Source: Opitutales bacterium (GTDB lineage: Bacteria > Verrucomicrobiota > Verrucomicrobiia > Opitutales > JABSRG01). Taken from it: a stretch of 64,000 bases of DNA. The translations under genes and the position numbers were made by a program. Positions within the stretch are counted from its first letter, which is position 1, and every line of letters begins with the position of its first letter. Positions 10,546 to 19,714 of the stretch are shown here, one piece after another. The DNA lies in assembly GCA_051117635.1 (NCBI GenBank), contig JBNPEH010000029.1, forward strand, positions 53,861 to 117,860, written 5' to 3'. The notes beneath the pieces were generated by a model. The model saw only the letters and a list, made by a program, of their open reading frames with translations, ran no database searches and was not told the DNA's origin.

Positions 10546-11035
10546 AACTTCCAGGTTCAAGGACCTGAAAGGTGTAGCGCCAGTCCCCGTCGGCGCTGGT
10601 CCGTTTCTCGATGACGCGGGTGAACCGGTGGGTCCAGTCGGGAAAGCGGGCATCGCCTGCGACCTCGGCGTGGACACGGGTCAGGTACAGGCGCTCGGCA
10701 CGGTCCATGGCCTCGGCGTAGACGGCCTCGCCGCCACAGATCCAGATCGGGGCAGCGTCCCCCTGTTCGGCCAGGGCCAGGGCCGCATCGAGATCGCGCG
10801 CCACCTCGGCACCGGGAAAGGTTTTTCCGGTCTGGCGGGTCAGGACGATGGTGCGGCAGTCGGGTCGGGCCACCCCGGTTTCGTCGAAGGAGCTGCGGCC
10901 CATGATGCAGACCCCGCCGCGTGTGTGGTCATGATACCAGCGCGTGTCCTCGGGGATGGACCAGGGCAGCTGGCCTTCCCGGCCGATCACGCGGTTTTCC
11001 GAGCAGGCGACCATAAGGTAAACGGGCTTGGCCAT
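10538..11035 (-). CDS. folA: Dihydrofolate reductase
   Basis: VIG..GQLPWSIPED, IMGR, ICGG..VY, LYLTRV, GDARFP. Confidence 0.93.
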   Translation of the reverse strand: MAKPVYLMVACSENRVIGREGQLPWSIPEDTRWYHDHTRGGVCIMGRSSFDETGVARPDCRTIVLTRQTGKTFPGAEVARDLDAALALAEQGDAAPIWICGGEAVYAEAMDRAERLYLTRVHAEVAGDARFPDWTHRFTRVIEKRTSADGDWRYTFQVLEPGSSG

Positions 11036-11073
11036 GGCCCCAGGATCCCCCGCTGAGGGGTCCCGCTCAACCC

Positions 11074-11676
11074 TCATTGTCCCTTTCGGGATCGCCGCAC
11101 CACCAGGCCGAGGGCAATCAAACCAAACACGGCCGCGAAGTATCGGGGCTCGGGGATGGGCGAGGCCGAATAACGGGCCAATTCGTTTAAGCTTAGGTCG
11201 GCGAGAAATACGTCTCCGGAAAAAGTGATCCCGTCCAGGGCGGAATTGAAGTCTGCAGAGCTGTTTGTGGTCGTCAGCGTTTGAGGCACAATTTCAATAA
11301 CATCCCCCGCTGTTACAGAAAGCAGCGTATTAAATCCTAAAAGTCCGTCGTCCGGACTCACATCGCCATTACTGTTCGTAAAGTTGTCAGAAATATTCTG
11401 AAGGGGAACAGACATCTGGGCTCCCCCGTTGACCCGATAAGCAAGGCTGGCAGGATTGATAGTGAGAGTCTCAGAACTCGCATCGGAGGACACCCAATCG
11501 TCGAAAACCAGAAAGAACCCATTGGAGGAAGTCGTGGTTACCGTGAGCGGAATGGCAGTCGAAAATTCTATCGTTGCGCCCGGACTGGTAAACGGGCCCG
11601 TCACGACAATGGCAGCGTGACCGGGCAGGTAGTTCAGGAAAGCCAGAACACCCAGAATAATGAATTTTCTGATCAT
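11074..11676 (-). CDS. PEP-CTERM exosortase-target surface protein
   Basis: Signal peptide ending PGHA; C-terminal IPEP, TM helix, RRSRK; visibly lower GC than neighbours. Confidence 0.88.
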   Translation of the reverse strand: MIRKFIILGVLAFLNYLPGHAAIVVTGPFTSPGATIEFSTAIPLTVTTTSSNGFFLVFDDWVSSDASSETLTINPASLAYRVNGGAQMSVPLQNISDNFTNSNGDVSPDDGLLGFNTLLSVTAGDVIEIVPQTLTTTNSSADFNSALDGITFSGDVFLADLSLNELARYSASPIPEPRYFAAVFGLIALGLVVRRSRKGQ

Positions 11677-11780
11677 AAGGACAGGTCGGAGGCGGGAATG
11701 AAACGGCGGCATATTGCTTACGGAGGCTGGAGTAGTTATGGACCGGGAACAATCAGATCAACCCAATTTAGCGAAAAACC

Positions 11781-12335
11781 TTAACGTTTACCCGCCGGCA
11801 GCTCCACACCGACGACCGGCCAGCGCCAGCCCTGGCGTTCGAGCTGAAGCACAACGCCGTTGCGGAAGCGTGCCTCGAAGGTGGTCGGTCCGGTAAAAAA
11901 GGCCCAGGCCAGCGACAGGCCGTTTTCGTCTTCGGTGTCTCCGCCTGTCTCCGAGCCGGGCGAAGGCCCCGGGTCGGGGTCATCCTGTCCGAAGCCGGCC
12001 TGTTTCACCAGCCCTGCGAGTTTGTCGGGGGTGACCCACTCGGCGAGCAACCGGTCGATAACCACCGGGCCGAACAGGTCCGCCAGTCCCCGGGTGACCG
12101 TGCCGCCGGCTTCACCGTCCGCCGTCGTGCGCTCCACTTCGGCCGACAGCCGGGTCTGGAGGTCGTTCTTCAAGTGCTCCCGGACGCGCGGAAAGGCGAC
12201 CGCCTGTTCCAGTTTGGCCTCGTCCCCGGTCCGGAGCGCCGACCGCAACTCATACAGACTCCAATACGGCAACAGGCCGTAGCCGACCGGGATCGCGACC
12301 AGCACCGTGAAGAGGAGGCGTTGCAGACGTTTCAT
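11781..12335 (-). CDS. DUF2939-like protein
   Basis: N-terminal TM helix followed by PYWSLYELRSALRTGD..L...V.FPRVREHLK. Confidence 0.75.
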   Translation of the reverse strand: MKRLQRLLFTVLVAIPVGYGLLPYWSLYELRSALRTGDEAKLEQAVAFPRVREHLKNDLQTRLSAEVERTTADGEAGGTVTRGLADLFGPVVIDRLLAEWVTPDKLAGLVKQAGFGQDDPDPGPSPGSETGGDTEDENGLSLAWAFFTGPTTFEARFRNGVVLQLERQGWRWPVVGVELPAGKR

Positions 12336-12551
12336 GGCGGGTCCGGAGAGAACAGACCATTGAAGGTTGCCCGGATTGCCGGGGAAGGAAAACGCAAAAT
12401 GGCCCAACCGGCGCCGGATTGCGGGACAACCGCCACAGGGGGCGATTCGCCGCTCGCCGGGCCGGCCCGTTCCCGTCACCCAACCTTAACCCGGCCCGCC
12501 CCCTTTTTCCTTGTGGAACGGGAGGAGCCGCTGTTGGGTCTAGGTCCGGGC

Positions 12552-15056
12552 ATGGGTTCCTTAACTGACCTCGAAGCGGGCCTCGAAACGGGGCTCCTGC
12601 TTCCCGACCTGTGGCAGCAACAGGCCATCCGCCATCTCCAGGCCGGCCGCGATGTCGTGGTCGACGCACCCACCGGTTCGGGCAAAACCTACGTTTTCGA
12701 GCAGTTTTTCACCCAGAGCTTCCGCGGACAGGCCGTGTTCACGGTGCCCACCCGCGCCCTGGCCAACGACAAGCTCTACGAGTGGCGGGACCGCGGCTGG
12801 AACACCGGCATTCAGACCGGCGATGTGGCCGTCAATCTCGGGGCGCCGCTGATCGTGGCCACGCTCGAAACCCAGCGCGGGGCTTTTCTGCGCGGGGCCG
12901 GCCCCAATCTGCTGGTCATCGACGAATATCAGATGCTGGCCGATGACAAGCGCGGGGTTAACTACGAGCTGGCCCTCGCCATGGCCCCGCCGCACACCCA
13001 GCTGCTCCTGCTCTCCGGCAGTGTGGCCAACCCCGAAAAGGTGGTCAGCTGGTTGCGCCGGATCGGCCGGGAAGCTGTCCTGACCAGCCACAAGCAGCGC
13101 CCCGTACCGCAGGAGGAGGTCTTTTTCGAGGCATTGCGTCAGCGCATACCCAAGCGCATCCGGGGCTACTGGCCGCGCCGGATCGCCCGGGCCCTGGCCG
13201 CCGACCTCGGCCCCATCCTCATGTTTGCCCCCCGTCGCCATGCCGCCGAATCGCTGGCCCGCCAGATCGCGGGCGCCCTGCCCTGCGAGGAACCGCTGCT
13301 GTTGTCGCCCGAGCAAAAAACGCTCGCCGGCGAGGAACTGACCCGGCTGCTCCGCAACCGAATCGCCTTCCATCACAGCGGCCTGACCTACCAGCAGCGA
13401 GCCGGGCTGATCGAGCCCCTGGCCAAGGCCGGGCAGTTGCGCGTGGTGGTCGCCACCACCGGCCTGTCTGCCGGCATCAACTTTTCCATGCGGTCCGTCG
13501 TGGTGACCGACCGGGAGTACCGCACGGCTGAAAAAAGCCACCAGGTGCGCCCCGACGAACTGCTGCAGATGTTCGGTCGGGCCGGACGCCGCGGGCTGGA
13601 CGATCGCGGCTATATCCTGGTAACCGAGGGCAAGCCCCGTCTGGCAGAGGCCGCCCCGCTCAAATTGCGGCGCACCAACCAGGTCGACTGGCCGACCTTC
13701 GTCTCGATCATGGCCAATGCGAAGGACCGGGGCACCGGCCCGCTGCAGGCCACGCAGGCCCTGTCCAACCGCCTCTTCAGTGATCAGCGGGTGCCGCTTG
13801 GCCTGCGCGATTTTCTCTGCAAGTACAAGCGGCAGCCGGCCACCGTGGCGGTACCCCAGCCCGGGCCCGACGCCGGCAAGCGCAAGGCGATCGTCGAAAT
13901 GCAGAATTCCGGCGGGGGCTGGGAACGTCGCAAGGGTCCGCGCAAATGCCGCCTCGGCGACAGCTGGTTCTGGGACAGGAACGCGGAACAATGGATTCCC
14001 GCGCTTGCCTCACCCGTCACGCTCGCGGGCATCGAGGTGGGCTCGCTCTGCAAGCTGCCCGACGGGCCGGGCCGGGTCTACGGACGCGAAGTACCGCTGG
14101 CGCGCTTTCCGGAGGAGTCGGGCAGCGGCCAGGTTGTCCTGGTAAAATGGATACGCCAGGCCCTCCGCAGCTGGTTCCGTGAACGCGATCCGAAGAGCCA
14201 CCAGGCGGGTGTGCCCCGCCGCTGGGATCTGGTCGCCTTTGAACAGGAGATCCTGCCGCTGCTGCCCAAGCTCACCCAGGGCGGGCGGCTGGTCGATCTG
14301 GTCGAGCGCAAGGGCATGATTCACGCCCGGCTCAGTTACCGGGACGCCTCCATCTTCGCCTGGTTCGACGGACACGGAAAAGCCCTGCTCAACCCCCCGC
14401 TGCGGAAGGTGGAGCACGCCAGCCTGGCCGAATTGCGAGGTACGCTGGCCGAGGAGACGGCCGATCAGCGGGCGCTGACACCGGCCGAGATCTGGTTTGA
14501 ACTGGGGCTCATTACCCACCGGGGCGAACCCACCCGGCGCGGCATGATTTTTTCGTTTTTCAATCATGGCGAGGGGCTGGCGGTGGCGGTGGCGCTGGAA
14601 GATCCCGCCTACGCCACCGAGGACCTGCTCTACGATCTGGCCAACCTGCGGGCCGGGCACCGCTTCGACCGCCAGGGCGAAGGCTCGGGACGTCTGCGCG
14701 CCGTCTGCCGGCAGGCCTACCGGAACCGGACGTACCCGGGCTACCTGCGCAAAGGTGTTCCCAGCGAATACGGGGAAGGCGCCGCCGAAGTCGTCCGTCA
14801 GCTGGAAACCGATCCCCAGGCGCGGTATCGGCTCGCCCACGACGACCTGCGGGTCGGCGACATCGAGCGCGCCAGCCTCGAATTTCGCAGCCTCCTCCAG
14901 CACGTCGCCAAGGCGCCCGAATACCCCTGGGACCGCTGGATGGCCCTCAAGACCGCCGCCATCGACTACCTGAAGGGGCGACTCGCGCGCCCCACCCTCC
15001 CCGCTCTCCCGCGCCTCACCGCCGAACAGCGCGCCCGCTATCAGGAACCCGTCTGA
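12552..15056 (+). CDS. Ski2-like SF2 helicase with long C-terminal extension
   Basis: APTGSGKT, PTRALAND, DEYQ, LSGS, FHHSGL, QMFGRAGRRG. Confidence 0.88.
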   Translation: MGSLTDLEAGLETGLLLPDLWQQQAIRHLQAGRDVVVDAPTGSGKTYVFEQFFTQSFRGQAVFTVPTRALANDKLYEWRDRGWNTGIQTGDVAVNLGAPLIVATLETQRGAFLRGAGPNLLVIDEYQMLADDKRGVNYELALAMAPPHTQLLLLSGSVANPEKVVSWLRRIGREAVLTSHKQRPVPQEEVFFEALRQRIPKRIRGYWPRRIARALAADLGPILMFAPRRHAAESLARQIAGALPCEEPLLLSPEQKTLAGEELTRLLRNRIAFHHSGLTYQQRAGLIEPLAKAGQLRVVVATTGLSAGINFSMRSVVVTDREYRTAEKSHQVRPDELLQMFGRAGRRGLDDRGYILVTEGKPRLAEAAPLKLRRTNQVDWPTFVSIMANAKDRGTGPLQATQALSNRLFSDQRVPLGLRDFLCKYKRQPATVAVPQPGPDAGKRKAIVEMQNSGGGWERRKGPRKCRLGDSWFWDRNAEQWIPALASPVTLAGIEVGSLCKLPDGPGRVYGREVPLARFPEESGSGQVVLVKWIRQALRSWFRERDPKSHQAGVPRRWDLVAFEQEILPLLPKLTQGGRLVDLVERKGMIHARLSYRDASIFAWFDGHGKALLNPPLRKVEHASLAELRGTLAEETADQRALTPAEIWFELGLITHRGEPTRRGMIFSFFNHGEGLAVAVALEDPAYATEDLLYDLANLRAGHRFDRQGEGSGRLRAVCRQAYRNRTYPGYLRKGVPSEYGEGAAEVVRQLETDPQARYRLAHDDLRVGDIERASLEFRSLLQHVAKAPEYPWDRWMALKTAAIDYLKGRLARPTLPALPRLTAEQRARYQEPV

Positions 15057-15204
15057 GGGCATTTAAAGGTCAACGCCCATTGTCGTCGCTGAAAAGCATC
15101 ACCCGAAGCCCCAAAGGCCCCAGGGGCATACGTCCCGTGGATGATTGTGCGGCAGAGTCGACCGCCGGGCACCCGTTGGGGCATCCGGTTGCCGTGACGT
15201 AACG

Positions 15205-15274
15205 CTCCGCTTCGCTTCGTCGATAGCGATCCCGATAGCGATCCCGATCAAAACGCTGTTAAGTTAGTGACATT
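15205..15274 (+). repeat. REP-like repeat family C (CTCCGCTTCGCTTCGTC-GATAGCGATCCC x2-...TAAGTTAG)
   Basis: Near-identical to the reverse complement of about 37125-37196. Confidence 0.8.
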
Positions 15275-15307
15275 CCGCCCTGACCCTGACCAGCAAATTG
15301 GCTCGTT

Positions 15308-15323
15308 TGGTGAGAAGTTCGGG
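15308..15323 (+). mobile_element. Isolated right end of MITE family A
   Basis: TGGTGAGAAGTTCGGG followed by TTAA; identical to the end of the 43938-44290 copy. Confidence 0.6.
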
Positions 15324-15443
15324 TTAAGGCGCTCTGTTGAATTCGAGACCGGACCTCCCTTGGCGATCGCTGACCTGGGCCTTACAGACCGCGTTCATCC
15401 CGCTCGCTGAAGCAGCGCGATCCGGTCAGCGCCTTCGGCAATC

Positions 15444-15512
15444 TGCTTACTGCCCCGCTGCCCGCTGCCTTCTGCCTTCTGCTCTCTGCGCCCTGCCCTC
15501 TGCTACCTGCCC
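15444..15512. repeat. Degenerate heptamer tandem repeat (TGCNNNC) x about 9
   Basis: Seen directly; overlaps the stop codon of the amidase-like gene. Confidence 0.8.
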
Positions 15513-16759
15513 AGGGCCGTCTGCAAACCGGCAATGACCGCGTCAGCGTACTCGTCAATGAGATTGGGCCGCGGCTTGCCACGAAACGGCTTCAGGCCTT
15601 CATAGCGCCCGGCCTGGATGTGGGCGTAATCGGGCACGCTGTTCATAATATAGGGCTCGAGGAAGACGACCGGGGCGTCGTAGAGCCGGTTGGCCATCAG
15701 GTTGCGGCTCCACAGGTAGGGGTTGTCCGGATACGGTTGCAGGGCGTTGCCGCCGCCGTAGGTGTAGGGAGGCAAATCCGTCGCTTCGGCAAGGGATCGG
15801 CTGAGCGCCTCCCCCAGCACCAACTCGTCCGCCCACCAACCGGCCAGCAGCCGCTTCACCAGATCGAAGCGCTGGTCCTCCAGCGCGAGTTCGCCGGGCA
15901 GGTAGGCGCCGTTTACCAGCACGTGCAGGTTCGTGTCCGGGACCAGGGTCGGCTGCTCGGGATCGGGCCAACCGGCCGCGTTCAGGTGCAGGCACAGCAC
16001 CAGGTCCGGCTGCAGTGTGGTATTCACTGTCTCGGCACGCGCGCGGATTTCCGCCACCCGGTAAAAGACGAGATCCCGATAGGTCCTCAAGAGCCCGGGG
16101 AAGGCCGGGGCTTCCTCCGTGAGATCCGGCTTGCGTCTTTTCAGGAGCATTCGAGCCGGCTCCTCCAGGTCGGGATCCTCAGGCCGGAGATCGGTGACTG
16201 GCTGACTGTCGGCCCGGACCAGGGACACGCGGGTGCCGAGCGGTTCCAGCCGGTCGCGTATGGTTTCGGCCACCGCCAGCACCAGATCCCCCTCCACCAC
16301 CCAGGCATCGCTCTCCCGGATCCGGAACCGCCGGTGTTCGATGTCCGCCCAGTCCCCGCCGATGTGCCCGGGATCGATGGCGAGGTGCAGATCTTCGAGG
16401 CCCCGACCGCCGAGAAGACCGGTTTCGCCCAGACGGTCGGTCACCCGGTCGCGCAGGGTCCGGTCCGGCTTCCCGCCGGCTCCGGAAAACCGGAGGATGT
16501 ACGGGGTCTCGATCCGGTCGGTCAGGATGATCGCGCGCCGGTCGTCCCAGGTAATCCAGGGCGCGGGGTCCCCGGAGACGAAAAGCGCATGGATCAGGCT
16601 GCCGAAGGTGTCGGCGCTGATCCTTTCCTGAAAGGGGTCCAGCGTGGACCAGTCGGGCAAGTCCGCGAACAGGCTCGTCTCCGGCTCGTGACCTGTCGAT
16701 GGCGTGAGGGTCAGGCAAAAGCTCAGCAGGAGGACCGACAAGGGGCGCGGCGCAGACAT
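15503..16759 (-). CDS. Exported N-acetylmuramoyl-L-alanine amidase-like protein (Amidase_3 fold)
   Basis: Signal peptide; IDPGHIGG, EGDL, LCLHLNA, VFLEP motifs. Confidence 0.75.
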   Translation of the reverse strand: MSAPRPLSVLLLSFCLTLTPSTGHEPETSLFADLPDWSTLDPFQERISADTFGSLIHALFVSGDPAPWITWDDRRAIILTDRIETPYILRFSGAGGKPDRTLRDRVTDRLGETGLLGGRGLEDLHLAIDPGHIGGDWADIEHRRFRIRESDAWVVEGDLVLAVAETIRDRLEPLGTRVSLVRADSQPVTDLRPEDPDLEEPARMLLKRRKPDLTEEAPAFPGLLRTYRDLVFYRVAEIRARAETVNTTLQPDLVLCLHLNAAGWPDPEQPTLVPDTNLHVLVNGAYLPGELALEDQRFDLVKRLLAGWWADELVLGEALSRSLAEATDLPPYTYGGGNALQPYPDNPYLWSRNLMANRLYDAPVVFLEPYIMNSVPDYAHIQAGRYEGLKPFRGKPRPNLIDEYADAVIAGLQTALGR

Positions 16760-16937
16760 GATGAAACCTGATAAAGCAAAAGCACGCGACCCTGGCGAGG
16801 GAAACGAAAGTCCTTGCAAGCGCGGTGCGCCCACTGAACGGCCCAAGAGCCGAGGACTCCATCGAGTGGCCGGCTCCTGGGCCCCGCCACACGCTGCAGG
16901 GTCCCGGCGGCGCGGGCACCCCTGCCGAGGTTGTGCC

Positions 16938-17870
16938 TCAGCAGATGACGCCCCTGGCCACATGCGGGCCGTGGCCCGGCGGTCGCTCGCCCGGAGCCGG
17001 TCGCACCCAGCGCGGATCGACGGCTTCCGTGGCGAGCTGATAGCGCGAGTCGGTCGACAGCCGGACCCGGTCCTCGCTCGTGTTGTCGAGCGAAGCATGG
17101 ATCAGATACATGGGGAAAATCAGGATATCGCCCATCCGGAACTCGGTCGTCAGCCAGCGCCCGCCCAGGCTTTGCCGCAGACGGACCGGGTTGTCCGTCA
17201 GGTGACCGGCATGGGCACGCTCGGAACGGTCGATCTCCGCTTCGGGCCGGTTCGCACAGAAGCTGTCGAAATCGCCCTTCAGGTAGCCGGCGATCCGGTT
17301 GCGCTTCCGGTGCGAGTCTTCCAGGACCATGAGACCGCCCTGCTCGTAGTCGATGTCGCCCAGCGGGGTCCAACAGGTGAACAGGTGGTGCGTGCCCCGG
17401 CCCATGAAGACGAGGTCGCAATGCGGCGGCGTGCCGTTGCCGGGCGGCGTCGTCCGGAGCCAGGTGTAGTCGAAGTGCATGGCCGGCCCGCCCAACAGGG
17501 CGTCCATCAGCGCCATCATCGCCGGACCGTAGATCACGTTTTCCACCGCCGGCTCCTCGTAGGCGTATTCCAGCAGGCCGGCCGGCTTTTCCGCGTCGGG
17601 CAGCAGGCGCCCGGCTTCGAGCGGGCCGTCCGGGTCCACCCAGTCCGCGTCCGCCAGCTTCTGCAGGATTGAACGGCGGGCTGCCACGACACGGTCCCGG
17701 TCATGAAACCCGCGGATCAGCAGATAGCCGGTCTCGGCCAGTTGCTCCCGAAGCGCTTCGGGATCGCCCAGGAGGTGGGTCGCCTCCTCCATTGCGCCAA
17801 GCGCATCGGGGGAGGCATCGAGGGGCCGTCCGCCACTGGACAGCTCGATAGAAGGGGGTGAGAAAGCCAT
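16938..17870 (-). CDS. Phytanoyl-CoA dioxygenase (PhyH) family Fe/2OG dioxygenase
   Basis: HCD (HxD), WTPLGD, GGL, GDILIF...IHAS, RLS.D.RYQ. Confidence 0.88.
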   Translation of the reverse strand: MAFSPPSIELSSGGRPLDASPDALGAMEEATHLLGDPEALREQLAETGYLLIRGFHDRDRVVAARRSILQKLADADWVDPDGPLEAGRLLPDAEKPAGLLEYAYEEPAVENVIYGPAMMALMDALLGGPAMHFDYTWLRTTPPGNGTPPHCDLVFMGRGTHHLFTCWTPLGDIDYEQGGLMVLEDSHRKRNRIAGYLKGDFDSFCANRPEAEIDRSERAHAGHLTDNPVRLRQSLGGRWLTTEFRMGDILIFPMYLIHASLDNTSEDRVRLSTDSRYQLATEAVDPRWVRPAPGERPPGHGPHVARGVIC

Positions 17871-17936
17871 GGGCTGGAACATACAGGATCGGGTCTTGCA
17901 TTAGGAATGACCGGACTGGCAAGTTGTTTGTGTTTT

Positions 17937-18797
17937 ATGGTATCAAAGCTGAAGTCACCTCCGCGGGCCTTCGTCGTCCGGTTTCCACATCGATCGCCTC
18001 TGGGAAGGATCACCGCAGGGGGGGAACACCAAACCCGAGGGGAGGCCACCCGGACTGGTTTGCGTATTCTGGGGGAATGCGCCCTGGTTGTTTCGGTGGC
18101 GGGCAGCTGCCGGTTTCTCGATGCCGACGGCTCGCAGACAAATTTCCCGCCCGGCACCGCGCGCATCCTGCTGCCGGAAATCGGCCATGCCTACGGCCCC
18201 CCGCCCGGCCGATGCTGGCACCAATGGTGGCTGACCTTCGACGGTCCGGTCTTTCGCCTCTGGCGCGACCTGGGGCTGTTGGCAGCGCTCCGCAACGGAT
18301 GCGCCCTGCACCAACCCGCCGAGGCCTATGCCACCTTCCGTGAAATCCTGGCTGCGGCCGAACGGCCCGAATCGACCCTGACGGCAGTGACCCGGCTGCA
18401 GACTCTGCTTGCCGCCTGGATACCCGCCTCCCCGGGCCCCGCGCCGGCTGGAACCGGGGAAATGCGCGCCTGGCTCCACCTGGCACGGGAGGCGCTTGCG
18501 GCGGTCGGCCCCGACGAATCACCGCTCCCCGCCGTCGCCCGGTCAACCGGCCTGGGCTATGAAAGCTTCCGGAAGCGCTTCCGGGCAGTGACGGGCGAAA
18601 CCCCCGGCAAGTTCCGCGAACGAAAACGGCTCGAGCAGGCCTGCCAGCTTCTGCTCAACACGCGGCATCCCCAGAAAGAGGTGGCGCACCGGATCGGCTA
18701 CAGCGACCCCTACCACTTTTCCCGGCGCTTCAAAAAACTGACCGGGCGCACGCCGGGTGCTTTTCGCCGGAATCCGTCCCACCTGAGAACGGCGTAG
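17937..18797 (+). CDS. AraC-family transcriptional regulator
   Basis: C-terminal double HTH (GYSDPYHFSRRFKKLTGRTP); divergent from the PhyH gene. Confidence 0.9.
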   Translation: MVSKLKSPPRAFVVRFPHRSPLGRITAGGEHQTRGEATRTGLRILGECALVVSVAGSCRFLDADGSQTNFPPGTARILLPEIGHAYGPPPGRCWHQWWLTFDGPVFRLWRDLGLLAALRNGCALHQPAEAYATFREILAAAERPESTLTAVTRLQTLLAAWIPASPGPAPAGTGEMRAWLHLAREALAAVGPDESPLPAVARSTGLGYESFRKRFRAVTGETPGKFRERKRLEQACQLLLNTRHPQKEVAHRIGYSDPYHFSRRFKKLTGRTPGAFRRNPSHLRTA

Positions 18798-18821
18798 GGC
18801 AAACATTCAGCCCGAACTTAG

Positions 18822-19171
18822 CCCGGACTTCTCATGAAGCCCAGGTGGGATGAGCTGCACCTGTCCGCCGTAGCCTTGGCGACGGCGGAAGGCGGCGTGT
18901 CCGCCATAACCCGCAGGGTGACGGCGGGAGGGCGAAACCGGCTGGGCGCGCACTGTGGTGCGTAACCAGGCGGTTTCCAGCCCGACTACCGAGCCCGCAG
19001 GGCGACACCTCAACGAGCGCAGCGAGAATAACACGCCGCAGATCGCGCATGTGGGCGAAAAGAATCGGGAAAATGGGCTTCATCACGAACGTGAATTTAA
19101 AAGAAATGCTTCAAGCCCCTTGGCCAGAATCACTTACCGCACATTTTCCCGATTCTGGTGAGAAGTCCGGG
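18822..19171 (+). mobile_element. MITE family A, full copy 1 (350 bp)
   Basis: Perfect 13-bp TIR CCCGGACTTCTCA/TGAGAAGTCCGGG; flanks TTAG/TCAG; extra TCAG-CCCGAACTT end fragment at 18807-18819. Confidence 0.88.
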
Positions 19172-19714
19172 TCAGGGCTCCAACACAAACCGCCAGGGCT
19201 TGTCGCGCCAGACAGGCGGGGCGTAATCGATCCCGACCCGGGGCGTGGCGGACCGGAGCCGACTTGGAACTGCCCGCTGCCGCGTCTGTTCGATCCAGAG
19301 GCCACAGGCGGGGCCGGCGAATTGTTTATTCAGCGAGCCGTCGATCTGCAGGCCCCGGGTGAGGCGTCCCGGGCCCCTCCAGGAGCCGGCTCCGCGGATC
19401 AGGACCGCCGAGGGATGCCCGGGCGGTCCGGTTACGATATTCAGCAGCCAGTGAACGCCGTAGCAGAGATAGACATACCAGGCGCCCGGGGGCCCGAACA
19501 TCACGCGGTTGCGCGGCGTTTCGCCGAAGCGGGCATGGCAGGCCGCGTCCGCCACCCCGTCGTAGGCCTCCACTTCGTGAATCCGGGCCCGGATTACCGT
19601 GCCGTCCGGGAGGCAACGGCAAAGGGGCTGCCCCAGGAGACGCGGGGCCACCACGGGGGAGGGACGAGCCAGGTAGGCGGCCGACAGCACCGCCGGTTCA
19701 GAACCGCTTGTCAT
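19172..19714 (-). CDS. mpg: DNA-3-methyladenine glycosylase (MPG/AAG family)
   Basis: EVEAY, ACHA, YVYLCYGVH.LLNIV, AVLIR, GPGRLT, PRVGI, PWRF. Confidence 0.92.
   Translation of the reverse strand: MTSGSEPAVLSAAYLARPSPVVAPRLLGQPLCRCLPDGTVIRARIHEVEAYDGVADAACHARFGETPRNRVMFGPPGAWYVYLCYGVHWLLNIVTGPPGHPSAVLIRGAGSWRGPGRLTRGLQIDGSLNKQFAGPACGLWIEQTRQRAVPSRLRSATPRVGIDYAPPVWRDKPWRFVLEP

Noticed and set aside
18807-19161. Recurrent small ORFs (e.g. PIFPILFAHMRDLRRVILAAL..., also at 33948-34352 and 43948-44205) as a peptide family
   Set aside because: They are translations of MITE A; starts, lengths and frames differ between copies and there is no transposase motif
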